A stretch of DNA of 62,006 nucleotides, the filler included, from Dimargaris cristalligena (lineage: Eukaryota), in assembly GCA_003614675.1 (NCBI GenBank). It is 3 parts of 3 records of this genome, joined end to end, with 100 filler letters (N's around TTAATTAATTAA, not from the genome) between each part and the next. Parts side by side here need not be neighbours in the genome. Positions count along the whole stretch, not along the records: positions 20,722 to 41,328 come from ML002691.1; 2 more parts are not named here. One strand, given 5' to 3'. Both the position numbers and the translations under genes were made by a program. The notes beneath the pieces are model-generated. The model made no database searches, was not told the origin of the DNA, and worked only from the letters and a program-made list of their open reading frames with translations. Positions 23,771 through 35,827 of this stretch are shown here, piece after piece (positions within the stretch are counted from its first letter, which is position 1; every line of letters begins with the position of its first letter).

Positions 23771-26700
23771 GCTGTGATTCAATTAGCGTTGAAGCGCGAC
23801 CGGCGGTAATGGACTCGGCTGAGTTGGAGGAGGTAGGTATGTATGCGGATGTTTTTATAAATAAAGAGAGAGAGATATAAAGGTGGATACAGACTATTAA
23901 AGAGAATGAGAGAGGCGGAGTACTTAAACAACGAATCAAAGCAGCGCAGGGTATCAACCGATAGTGAGAGAGTACTGCTGAACATAAACCTTCTCTACGG
24001 ACTTATAGGCACACACAAGTTCTCGGTCTCTCGCGTACCCTTTGAGTTACACCGGTTATTACAAGGCGGAAAAGGAGGGTGAATTGGCTGAGAAGAGTAG
24101 TCCCACTCAAACGAATGACGACAGGTAAGGCAAGGCAGTCGGCCAATAGACGACTACGCACTGCCGGGAGGGGGGTTTAGGAGGTGACAAGCGACGCACT
24201 TCACAGAACCCAAGGTTGGGGAAAAAGAGACAGAGAAAGAAGAAGAGAAACGTCCACCACACCGCCTGCTGAGCTGGTGGTTATACAGTCAGCCGATACC
24301 ACTGCTACTACAAAAGCGGTCTTGGCGTTGCTTAAAAAAACAGCTGAGAGGGCGGAGATTCGCGCGGGTAAATGTGCTCCAAGACGTGGACTGGCCCAAA
24401 GTGCAGTGCAGTGGGGCTGGAGAATAAGAAGATGGCTTTGGAACGGGCCGGGATAAATTAACCATGTACCCTCCCCGCCAAACTTAAAAGCCAAATAGAG
24501 CGAACGGGGTGGTGTTGTGTTATATAAGTCAGGGAAATTATAGTGCCAATGAAGAGCAAACCGAAGAAAAACATAAAACAAGCCGACAATCGCACACTTG
24601 GTCAGTCAGTCAGAACTATACCTGAGAAATGTATCGGTAACAGAAGGAAGGAAGATATTATTAGCAAGCTATCATAGAGCATAGCGATGTAAAAGAAATC
24701 AATCAATGAATAAATACTGAATGTCGGTATGAATGAAATGTGGTGGTGATCTTGAGGGGTCGTAATTATTATTATTATTATTATTATTATTGCTGTTGGT
24801 GGGCCTCAGCCATTGGGGAGCAGAGGGGCCGCCCACACTATCTTTTTGCGCAAATTATAGAATAGGCCTAGTGGATTGGTGGATTACGCCACCCGTTGAT
24901 TGATGGATAAAGCGATGGGCTTATTATATTATCCGCTCCAAAGGGTGAATAGATAAAAAGGCCAATTGCCAGCCACAGAGGGGCCGTCCCGTGGATGTGG
25001 CTCGGAGGAAACCGCACACCCTTTTGGCTATGTACTTATGACGATATAATAATTTATCTATGGCACAACTCCTGAGCCTTTTATGCCCCCCCACAGTATC
25101 TATCTATCTATCTATATATGTATATATATACCGGACTGGGGACACGCATTGCCCTCATCGGTGGACAATAAACCGTTAATATTTCTTGGCTAACCGACTG
25201 CATCGCCTTCGAGCGACCGGGTATATCTTCCCTTTGATCCACTTCGCTGACACCATTGTTTAGAACTATAATGAGTAAGCCGTGTGATTTTTAGGCCCAG
25301 GGCCAAATGTCCCCAACTCAGCTGGTCCACTTGCGATAGGTCGATTCAACCACATACCTCGGCAATGATGTTGGTGTAGTTGGGCCAAATCGTAGTCATA
25401 GGACATCCTCACCATGTCACCTCTTTCAACGGTGCCGTGCATTGGATACGGTTGTATAAGTAAGTAGATATAAGCATATATATACACACCGTGGTTCCCA
25501 CGTGACACTTGGCAGGTAAACCACCGTACCGGTAAGGCGCACAGCCCTGTTCAGGTGTCCCCAGCAGGCTAAGCCATTGACTTGGACAGGTAGGCAGATG
25601 TATGTAGCCTCAATCCACCCCGAATTATGGCCATGTGGGGCTTTCATATATATCCCCCAGTCCGCTCCGTATACCACCAAATAAACACAGGCGCATGTGG
25701 GGGTAAAACGGATCATCGCCCTCTTTATGGAGGGTGACCTCCCAAAACGGGAGGATTTACCAGTAGCGTGGGTATTCACACAAGAAACCTAGGCAAAAAA
25801 TGAGGTACTGGTTTCAAAAAATTGGCCAGGCACTATAAAAAAAGACTACCCAAGAGTAGCTGCCACATTGTAGTTAAGGTTGGCGCGGGGAGTATTTCAC
25901 GAAGGATGGCGGAATTAACAACGGGTGAACCGTCGGCTCATTTTCCCATATATATATATATATATATATTGAGAGATGTTTATAAGCTATAAACAGATTA
26001 ATTCAAGACTGGATTAGCCGTAAATAGTTAGAGTTCAAGGGCCAACATCTAAATAGGCAGGGATGAATACTGTCCCCTCAATCCCAGCTACAGCCCCATA
26101 CCTGCGCTATCCCTTGCCCTTGTCCAGTCTAGTCTTAATATCCCTCCCCTCCAAGTCTGTCTGACTGACTGGCACCGCGCTCTTTTTCCCATTTCCTATT
26201 GAGAAAGAGAGAGGAATACGGTCGATCCATCCAGTCAGAACCCAAATGGCCCGCCAATCATCTAATCCTGTAATGGCCCCTCTCCCTAACCTGAAATCAT
26301 TCATAAGGAAACGATGAGGGAATGCTGTATATGGCACACTGGTTGGCGGAGGTCAAGGGCAACTAGGGCTGGGATTGGGGAGACAGCGCCTGACTTAACG
26401 GCACATCAATTCCTACTAATGGCCTATATAACCGGCTCTCCCACTCTCCAGCATCACCTCTGCAATGTTACTTTGTCTGTATAATTGCTGTATCGTTCTT
26501 CCTGCTTCATTTCATTTCATTTCTATTATTAATAAGTTCTCCCTTACCACTTGGATATTCTTTTATTCCGCTTCTGCTTGTTTGATACCCGTATCAATTC
26601 GGTTTAAAGGGTAATACACGTCATTTTTTAGCTAAGTATCACCCCTCATGTACGACTAAGCGGGGGTCTGGTGACTGTTTAGTACAACCTCCCTTGCTCC

Positions 26701-27145
26701 GCAACGAACCATAAAAAATAAAAGGGGCTTCCCGACAAACCCCCTGACCGCTCCTTGGGAGCGGAAGCCTTCAGTGCTACCCACCTCCTCGGCTTATATC
26801 TTTTTTTATCGGGTTGCGAAGTCCGAAGCGTGTGAAGAGCGAGATGACTGGTCATCTGAGCAGCTAGTTACTGAAGTAGAGGCGACCGTAACTACCGAGC
26901 TCCCCCTTGCCCTCAGCACATTCTGTTCATACCTTCTCTAAACACCCCCCCCCACCTTCCACTACGCTAATCCCATTTCTCTCCACTTTGTCTATTGTTA
27001 ACCTCGGCCACCGCGGGATTCCCTCCTTCTGTGCTCCTCTTCATCCACCACCCGGGTTCCTTTTATCCCCCAATTTAGGTTCGTATTCACCTATACAGCG
27101 CCTACCCGTCCTATTTTTCAATACATACTATATAACCCCTTCGCC

Positions 27146-29056
27146 ATGCGTTCCTCGATCGCTCTGCTCGGCCTGGCCTCCCTGGCCCTCCAACTGGCCG
27201 CCGCCAAGGTCTATTTCCGAGAGGAGTTTGACCAATTCGACACCACCTCCCGCTGGGTCCAGTCCCGCGCCAAAAACAACTTCGGCCGGTGGGAACTGGC
27301 CACCGGCGCCCTGGTCGCTGACCCCGCCATTAACCAAGGTCTGCAAACTAAAGGCGATAGCTCGTACTTTGCTCTCTCCGCCGCTTTGGAAGAACCTTTC
27401 AAGACCTACGGGAAACCTCTGGTGCTGCAGTACTCGGTGCGGTTTGACCGCGTCATTGATTGCAGCGGGTCTTACATTAAATTGTACCCCGCCAACCTGG
27501 ACCAGCTCGAATTGACCGGCGAGTCGGTAAGTGTACCTCCAGCGACGAGATATCCCCATAGCCCCCCGGATTCGTTGTATTTATGCTAATCAGCCTAATG
27601 AAATACACTATTTGGGACGGATTTCATATCATATAAATGGGATCTGTTGATCTCTCTCTCTCTCTGTGCCTCTCTGTCTCTCCCGGTTGACCTGACCCTG
27701 CATTGTCCTAACCTCCCCCGTTCTATATGTCTCTATTATAACCACCCTGCCTCCCCCCCCCTCGGCCTTGGGATGCCCCGGTCTTCTAACCCCATACAGC
27801 CCTTTTCCGTCATGTTCGGTCCCGACATGTGCGGCTCCTCCCACTTTGTCAAAGTTCTGCTCAGCCACAAGGGTAAGAACTACGAAATCAAGAAGGCCAT
27901 TTCGCCCATCAACGACCAGCTGACCCATCTCTACACCCTGATCATCAAGCCCAACCGCACCTACCAAATCCTCATTGATAATAAGCGGAAGGCCGCCGGC
28001 CGTCTCGTTGACGATTTCGATTTCGTGCAACCCGAATCCATCCCCGACACCAAGGCCACGAAGCCCGCCGACTGGGACGACCGTCTGATGATCCCGGACC
28101 CTGAAGCCACGCCCCCGGCCGACTGGGTGGATCACCCCCAGGAAATCCCCGACCCCGAAGCCCAACAGCCCGAAGAATGGGACGACGACATGGACGGCCC
28201 GTGGGAGGCTCCCCTGCTGGCCAACCCGGCGTACCTGTCCTGGAACCCACCCCCGGTCAAAAACCCCAACTACCAAGGGCCCTGGTCGGCGCCCGATATC
28301 CCCAACCCCAAGTACAACCCCAAGGCCAAGTACCTCGACTACACCCTCGGTTACTTGGGTTTCGACCTGTGGCAGGTCACCTCCGGCGTCATCATGGACA
28401 ACATTCTCGTGACCGATGACGTGGACTACGCCAAAGAATTCGCCGACGCGACGTTTACCAGCCTCCGTAAACTCGAACGCCGGGCCAAAAAAGCCCTCGA
28501 CATTAAACGCAAACTCATCCCCGATGACAGTGGTCTCGACCAGACCCTCGAAGACGAAATTCAGGAGGAACTCGATCAGTTGGACGAAGAGGATCCCGAC
28601 TATGAATTCAAGCGGCGGGCCGTCGAAAATAAACGGAACCCCTTCCAGCTGGGTAACGTCCAATTAGCGCCCCCCGGTGCCTCTGATTCGGACTCGGACG
28701 CCGAAATCCGACCCCCCGCTCCCGCCCCGCCCGCCGAGGGGGACAGCGATCGGTTGGAGCCTACGCCGGATACCCCCGAGACCGAAGAGGTGGACGAAAC
28801 GGAAACCACCCACCAATTGAAGCATAAGAAGGCCGTTAAACCCCCCACGGTCAAACCGACCCCGCCCGCCCAGAGTGATGACGACCAGGCCCTCCGGAAA
28901 CGGATGGCGAAGGAGGAAACCAACGCCACTATCCCCAAGGCCTCGGAGACGACCACCGAGACCGAGAAGGAGGATGGGATGGTGGTGGTGGTGGTGGCGG
29001 AGGTTACCCCTGAAGCTGGTACGGACACCGCCGCTAAACAGCACGATGAACTTTAA
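27146..29056 (+). CDS. Calreticulin (soluble ER lectin chaperone, HDEL; 2 exons, about 545 aa)
   Basis: Exons 27146-27526 and 27800-29056. Signal peptide, KVYFREEFD, IDCSGSYIKL, MFGPDMCG, THLYTLII, three IPD...P.DW-type and three W..P...NP.Y P-domain repeats, GFDLWQV. No TM helix; ends HDEL*. Confidence 0.93.
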
Positions 29057-30167
29057 AATAACCCACTGGTTACGCCCAAAATAATACTCCCTAATAATGA
29101 GGAAGTGCGTCGATAAAGTCGGATCACCCAGAAGATACACGGGAATTAAGGGGAGGGGAGGGCGGAGAGTGATTCCTATCTTGAGCCATGGTCTCTCAAT
29201 TTAGTAGTTTATGCCTCCTCCCTTCTCGATATAATCCCATCCGTTCTGCTAGTGATCCGCATACCCATAACCTTTCACCCAAAGCACTTTCAATAATAAC
29301 CATCTAATAACTATACTGGACCATTGTCATTGAGGAAATATATATATATATATGTGTGGTGTGTGGTAGGGCCCGTTCCCTAAGAAGAGTGTATAATGAA
29401 GGATATGCGACTTATACAATCACCAATCGGAGATTGAAATGAGGGCGTGGATTTTGATTTTTTTCAGTAACCGAGTGGATCAGTTATTGTAATGGAGACC
29501 TGATGGGGAGATCTGTGGGTCTTATTAAGGGGGGGGGGAGGCAGTAACTTTACAAAAAATATATATAATGTTTTGATCATCAAGCCTCGCCTCAACGGAT
29601 TAAATGAGGGTAATTTACCAGAAGTATTCAAAAGCAGTATAGGTAGGTAACCCGGGCACCACCACTCTAAATATGGCTGAATATGCTTACATCACTGCGT
29701 GACCAAGTATTATACTGTAGTACTATTTATGTTCCAGGCTTTTTGAAGCGAGGTCCATTAAACCAATCCATTAAAATGCCAACCCGACGAACTGGAAGTT
29801 CTTCACCATGTTAAGGTCAACGGCGATTCATGACAACCACCCCAGTAATTGAGTAGTCCCCCTTTACAATATCAGCCCTTTTTTTATTCATTCAACTTCC
29901 AATTATGCCATAGAGATACGGAATTTTTGAGTTAAACGTAAACTGTACGTAATGAGAAGCAGGACATTGCAAATACACTAATCATGCCTGGGTTGGTTAA
30001 AATGGTTCATTCAATGAATAGGAGAATTGATGGGAAAATAGATTTAGGTTATCAAAACCATGGAATTAATCACTCCTCCTACCATCAACTCAACTTCCCC
30101 TATTATGCATCACCCATTTTTGGGTTTGTTTTTTCAATAATACCCATATACCAACGCCTCTTTTTCT

Positions 30168-33100
30168 TTAATTATCTGTGGTGGGCGGGGATGGTAAATT
30201 GACGCTGAATATCATGTTGATCACATTAAGGATCATGATTTCCGCGGGGAACTGGTCCCGCGGCAGGTCCTTCATGCCAAAATCCGCGAATTCGCCCAGG
30301 GCCCCTAGAATCTGAAGGGGATCGGTGTTGGGATTACCGCCCCGGGCGAAATAATCGCCAGATAGACTGCCGGTACTACCGGAATGGCTGGATGGGGCAT
30401 GGGGAGCCGCCGATGAGGCTACGGAGGCGGTGGTAATTGTAGGGGATAGGTAAGGGGCAGTCTGTGGGTATTGGGATTGGGATTGGAATTGGTAGTAGGG
30501 CTGGTGGTTCGATGAAATGGATGCAGTGGATGTGGATGTGGACGTGGCGGTGGTGAGATAAGTAGTATCATTATCGCCATTACCGGAAAGGTGACTGAAA
30601 ATTCCCGGTGGCGGTGGTGGTGGTAGTGTTGGAAGGGGAGGGGGTGGGGGTGGGGGTGGAGTGGGAGAAAGGGAAAATTGACTAGCTCGGCCGTCGGATA
30701 AACCTCCCCCTCGCCCTCCCATTATGTTACAAATCCCACTGATGGAGGCAGTCGATGGTTTATTTCGACTCGCAATAACCTGGATTGACTGGATATTAGA
30801 CTCAAGGGTAGTCATGATCCGTAGGCACCACCACCCTATGGGCCAATATTTGGCGATACGCTCCAGGAACCGGCGTGCCATATTCAGGGCCTCAGTACAC
30901 TGGACCGGGGATACCCCGGATCGGTTGGGGGTCGAATTATCATCGGCACGGTCACTAGGACCATCCTCGCCACCATCACCGCCCCCATCACCGCCCCCAT
31001 ACTCATGCAGACTCTGCAGGTTTAGGATAAATACCAAGGCGATTTGGAGGATACAGTAGGTCATGATGGGACTGAGGTACCGTACGTCTAAATCATCGAC
31101 ACTATTGAGAACGGTGACTAGGTCCCAGGCACTTTTGAGATACTGCTGCCGTACAGCGCGAATGGCGACAGGATCCGGCGTGGCCCTGGCTATACCTATA
31201 CCCTCCCGGGCGCGGACCTCCGCGTCCGCCGAGGTCGCATTCATATAGCTAATTTGGTAAAGCTGGGCCACGCGTAATAAGTGCAAGAAAACTAGAGCAG
31301 AGTTGTAAATGGACCACGATTGGGTATAAGACGCCGCCGACATGGGGTACTGCCGGGCCCAGCCAGCGGGTTTTGTCCCGGGAGAAGAAGCGATGGTTGG
31401 GGGTAGCTGGTTTTTCCAGTTCCATAGTGCTTGATAGACGTCATCGAATTCGGTGGGGGCTAGTGGTACGCCGTTTTTAAGTTTGTTGCCCATCTGACTA
31501 AGTACGCAGGTCACATTCACTAAACTAATCGCATAATACTGCAGGCTAGGCGAGGACCGGGAGTTGGACTCACGACACATAAGGTCGTAGTCGGCCAGAA
31601 TCGACGGGCTCAATAACGAATGGTCGGCTGGCTGACTGGAGCCGGACTGGGTCTTGGCCTTGGCCTGGGTTTGGGCCTGGTCGGCGGCCTGGAGGGACGA
31701 AATATAGGCCAAGTCATCACTGGCGAAATCTAATTGGCAGTCTTCGAGGTATACGGAGGGCGGTCGGCCCCCGACGATGCTAAGGTTTATGTCCATGCTG
31801 TAGATCATCCACCAAATCCGCCGCTTCACTTCCAGCTGGGCCCAGGACATGTTGGGAGTGGGATAGGCGGGTAATGGTCCGAAGGTGTCCGAGCGGTTGA
31901 GATTGAGCCGCTGGGCCAAACGAAGGGCCAGTCCGAGATACATCCAGCTGTTTTGGTTCCGGGCCTGGGCCAATTCGTACCGCATCAGCAGGAACAGGGT
32001 CAACACGTTAACCATGCGGTTTTCTTCAAGGGACTGGAGGATGTGGGCTTTGGCGTGCTCAAAATATTCCTGACCGGCTCGGTAGGGCGAATCGCGCTGG
32101 AAATACGGGTGGTCCGAATAGTGGGCCATTAGGGCGAATAGGGAGCATAAGAAGAGGGAGGGGCTTTCGGTATCGGAGCCCGAGTGGTGGATGGAGAAGG
32201 GGACATGGCTGGGACCGAGTGGCGTTAACGTCGGTTGCCGCTGACGTCGCTCTTGGAGGATTTGGAGGACGGTATGGTGGGTGATAAAATCAAATGGCTG
32301 AGTTAATTGAAAATGCAGTCGACAAAGATGCATAACAATGGAGTCACTAAGTAGAATGTGATTGTTGTTGAGCGGCCGGGGGACGGGTGCAGCAGGGGGT
32401 AACATGACCCAAGGAGAGGTGAGCCCATCGGCGGATCCTACGGGTGTAGGGGTGATATTCAGGCCGCTCGAAAGAGGCTGATCCTCCTCCTGACCCCCAA
32501 ATGACAGGCCGGGCTTGATGGACCCCGGTGGGACAGCGGATATGGGCCATAACCGGGCTGCCTCAGGGCCCGTAACGCGGTCGAGGCCCATGGCGGATGC
32601 CTGTTGATACATGGTGCCGATTTGCAGCCGTAGATCATTGATTCTGGATTCCAAGCCTTCGATGGTTCGCACACTCTCTTGGTACTTGGAATGGTAGTCC
32701 AGGGTCGGGTTTTTGGCGGTTTTAGCGATCCGATTGTCGCTCGTGCGTATAGCCCCCGAACCGCGGGCCCGTCGGGGCATACGTCCCCCGGCGCTAGCAC
32801 TAGCACTGGGGCCGGGGTGAGGGTGGGGTTGAAGGTGAGGGTAGGCACTGGGGGCCGGCAGGGAAGACCCCGGCATAGTGGGGTACGTAGGTCGCCCTGT
32901 ATGAACCATTGGGTTGGGGCCCATGGGTACCGGAAGGGGTTCGGATACCGCAACGGTCAAGAGAGCGGAGCTGGAAAAGGGGGCGGACGAGGACACGAAG
33001 AGGGAATTGGGCAGTGTACTCGTCCCAGGGGGTAGTTTGGACTGGAGTATGGGATGTTGTTGTTGGTGCGGCTGAGGTGGGTGCGAGTACTGCGAGTGAA

Positions 33101-33431
33101 CCGAAGGATTGGGCAGACCCAGTGGAACGCACGCGGTGTGAGTGATGGTGCAATTGAGACACGCGGGTAACTGGCCGTCACAGAGTAGCCCGTGGCGCAT
33201 ACATGATTCACAGGCTAGGCGGGTAGTTTGAGTAGAGTACCCGGGAAACAACATGGGAGCGCCTGGGTGGGTGGGTGGTGGTGGTGGTAAATTGGCCAGC
33301 GAATAAACTCTGGCGGGCCCCGGGCCATTGGGAGGCTGACTGCTGGGGGGACCGCCGCTATTCCGGTTCCCGACACGGCGGGGGTCGGTGACAAAACTAG
33401 GGTGCACTGGTGGATGTCCGGGCCCTGACAT
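30168..33431 (-). CDS. Zn(II)2Cys6 transcription factor with fungal-specific middle homology region (1087 aa)
   Basis: C-x2-C-x6-C-x6-C-x2-C-x6-C at aa 74-101, coiled coil TIEGLESRINDLRLQI, and middle homology region SWMYLGLALRLAQRLNLNR...EVKRRIWWMIYSMD...GRPP. Confidence 0.9.
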   Translation of the reverse strand: MSGPGHPPVHPSFVTDPRRVGNRNSGGPPSSQPPNGPGPARVYSLANLPPPPPTHPGAPMLFPGYSTQTTRLACESCMRHGLLCDGQLPACLNCTITHTACVPLGLPNPSVHSQYSHPPQPHQQQHPILQSKLPPGTSTLPNSLFVSSSAPFSSSALLTVAVSEPLPVPMGPNPMVHTGRPTYPTMPGSSLPAPSAYPHLQPHPHPGPSASASAGGRMPRRARGSGAIRTSDNRIAKTAKNPTLDYHSKYQESVRTIEGLESRINDLRLQIGTMYQQASAMGLDRVTGPEAARLWPISAVPPGSIKPGLSFGGQEEDQPLSSGLNITPTPVGSADGLTSPWVMLPPAAPVPRPLNNNHILLSDSIVMHLCRLHFQLTQPFDFITHHTVLQILQERRQRQPTLTPLGPSHVPFSIHHSGSDTESPSLFLCSLFALMAHYSDHPYFQRDSPYRAGQEYFEHAKAHILQSLEENRMVNVLTLFLLMRYELAQARNQNSWMYLGLALRLAQRLNLNRSDTFGPLPAYPTPNMSWAQLEVKRRIWWMIYSMDINLSIVGGRPPSVYLEDCQLDFASDDLAYISSLQAADQAQTQAKAKTQSGSSQPADHSLLSPSILADYDLMCRESNSRSSPSLQYYAISLVNVTCVLSQMGNKLKNGVPLAPTEFDDVYQALWNWKNQLPPTIASSPGTKPAGWARQYPMSAASYTQSWSIYNSALVFLHLLRVAQLYQISYMNATSADAEVRAREGIGIARATPDPVAIRAVRQQYLKSAWDLVTVLNSVDDLDVRYLSPIMTYCILQIALVFILNLQSLHEYGGGDGGGDGGEDGPSDRADDNSTPNRSGVSPVQCTEALNMARRFLERIAKYWPIGWWCLRIMTTLESNIQSIQVIASRNKPSTASISGICNIMGGRGGGLSDGRASQFSLSPTPPPPPPPPLPTLPPPPPPGIFSHLSGNGDNDTTYLTTATSTSTSTASISSNHQPYYQFQSQSQYPQTAPYLSPTITTASVASSAAPHAPSSHSGSTGSLSGDYFARGGNPNTDPLQILGALGEFADFGMKDLPRDQFPAEIMILNVINMIFSVNLPSPPTTDN

Positions 33432-35827
33432 GGTTCACCTTGGATATGGCGGCCGTACGGGGGAGGGGTGAATGAGGACGGCGACAGGGAATAGGCCCAG
33501 TGCCAAAATAATATAAAATAAGAATAAAAAAAGGAGGCAGAGGAACCAAGGTAGAAGCGAAAGAATGAAGAGGGAATCAGGAGTCCAGCAGATAAGGAAA
33601 GAGTGGTGTATGTATGCGGTCAGAAGATAAGGGGCAGGCTGGCCTACCCTTGGGGCGAAGGCAGGAACGAAGAGTAGAGTAAAGTAAAGTAAAGTAACTG
33701 GCGGAATGGAAGGGGGTATATGCTAAACATTAGTAGTAACTGAGGAGGCTTAGTCGCAAAATCTTTTGTGACCCTAAACATACTACTTACTATACAAAAG
33801 GACTTTCTCATACAGGTACGCTTACTTCCAATCAAATCGATATTAGGTAAAATGCCGCGAATAAGTGGGAATTGTCTAGATATCTAGAAGTTATGGCTCC
33901 CAATTAGCATCTAAATCTATAAATAAGGCATAATTGGCCACAATACGGTGCCATTGTGTCAAGTGTAACCATTACGCCACTACCAAAATAGCTGGTCCGC
34001 GCAACATGAGCGGTTTACGACGGTCTCAGGGCAAAAACTAGGTATCATTGGGGACATGGGGTGTAATAATAATAAGAGCTGCCTGACCTTCGCTTGAGTT
34101 CGAATCGTTGGGTTTTTTGGGGCTACTAAGAAAACGAGGAGTCCTCTCTCCCTTCAGGGCCGGTTCAAATTACCGGGAACCAACCGGGCTCTGCCCTTCC
34201 ATAGTATATAATGATTGCCATTGGACTGAGTCGGCGGTATACACACACTGCCATCATCAACATATAGTGTCGACTTGCTGAACGGGCAGCTCGACTGGGT
34301 TACCAAATTGTCATAAGTCAGTTGGTGTTCCCCTTTTCCTTTGTCGTTCATTCAATTTAATTAATCAAACTGAGCATCAGCCCTTATAGATCGACCGGGG
34401 TGAGTTGCTGGAACAGGTCGATCCCCGCCGAGATCCGTCTAAACCTACTACCAGTCGTATTCGCCACTTTCAGAAATCCATCTGGTATATACGAGGCTGG
34501 GCGAATTATTAATTTTTTAATATATTTTCGTTTATGGTAAGTTTGGGAGATCTGGTTAGATACATGATAGAGGTGAGGCTTACTGCCGATTAAAGATATA
34601 CTACCGTACCACAAAATGGGCATTCGGGTAAATAATATAAAACGTTAAGCCAGACGGGAACCCCCGCTAAATTATATATTTTCAGAATACCCAGACTTAT
34701 TCAGTTACTTTACTTATCAAATCGAGGGAATTATCCAATCGTCTCTAAAGGGCTATATTGTTAGACAGCTTAATGGGTTAATTCGGCGGGTGACAGCTAA
34801 CGAGCACTCGCAATCGCATTAATTGAAGGCGGAAAACGCAGTAAGCCGAGAACCAGCATTCTGAAGATTGCCAATGTCCATGGTAATTGATCGCCCTCTC
34901 TTCATGTTACTAAACTTTTCCATTTCATGATATGCCGCTGTTGGAATACAGGGATTGTGAAGGCAAGGCGCAGGTGGGGAAGCTGGGGCGGAAAATAGCG
35001 AGGAGCGGTCTAGGCCTAGTTTGTCTTTGCACGATGTTTCCGCGCACCCGAAAAGAAGTGCAACAATACCAGGTGTTTGTAACTCTCTCCCACTCTTTCT
35101 TAATCTTTTACATGCCTAGTTTACTTTCCCCGCACCTTTATTTACGATTGCTTTAATCCAAGTGCCAATCCAAGCCAGCACCCAAGCGACTAAACAGTAG
35201 ACAGTCGATCAGTGGTTCTGTACCATTATTAAAATAGACCATTTGGGGGAATTTTCAAATTGATGTTTTATGACCCCAGCAGTCGGTGCTTTTCCTACTC
35301 CAGCCCAGCTACTGCTCTGGCCTCCCAAGCCGGCTTTTTTTATATCCCATGGGGGAAATTCCGGAACTAATCTTTAATGGCATAGTAATATATATCTAGA
35401 GATAGGAGATGGTTATTTAATCAGTTTGATGAGGACTGTCACTATACGAAAACATGGCAAAGTTTGGGAGGCCCTGAGCACCTGAATTCTTGACATTCAT
35501 AAGCTTGGCTTACCTTGCGCGGCGAATGCCTTTGTATATTGCCCGTTTTATAGCGTAGTGGCGGGTTGCCTTACCCAGTTGCGCAACTTTAAGCCGTTGG
35601 TGGCACCGAGCTGAAGGGTTCTCTCACTGGAGGAAGTGTCCGTCTATAGTAGTTGTTACCCCAGAACCACCACTACTAGTATACTTGCTCATACAGTCTC
35701 AGCCTTTTTACCAACTCAATCCCCCCCATTCGTTTGGGCCTGCTGTGATCCCTTCCTGCTCCCCCTTGCGCCATGTTGCCCTGGTGCTGAATCTCCCTCC
35801 TTCCACATTGCATCCTCCTATTTTGAC

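Noticed and set aside
23779-23985. 68-aa ORF ending just upstream of the ceramide synthase start
   Set aside because: Low-complexity CT/AT-rich leader sequence; TSS unknown and no conservation evidence, so a regulatory uORF cannot be supported.
26616-26623. ACACGTCA (Hac1/XBP1-like site) upstream of calreticulin
   Set aside because: Plausible, but the same 8-mer occurs elsewhere in the window (near 8072 and 11797), so it is not distinguishable from chance.
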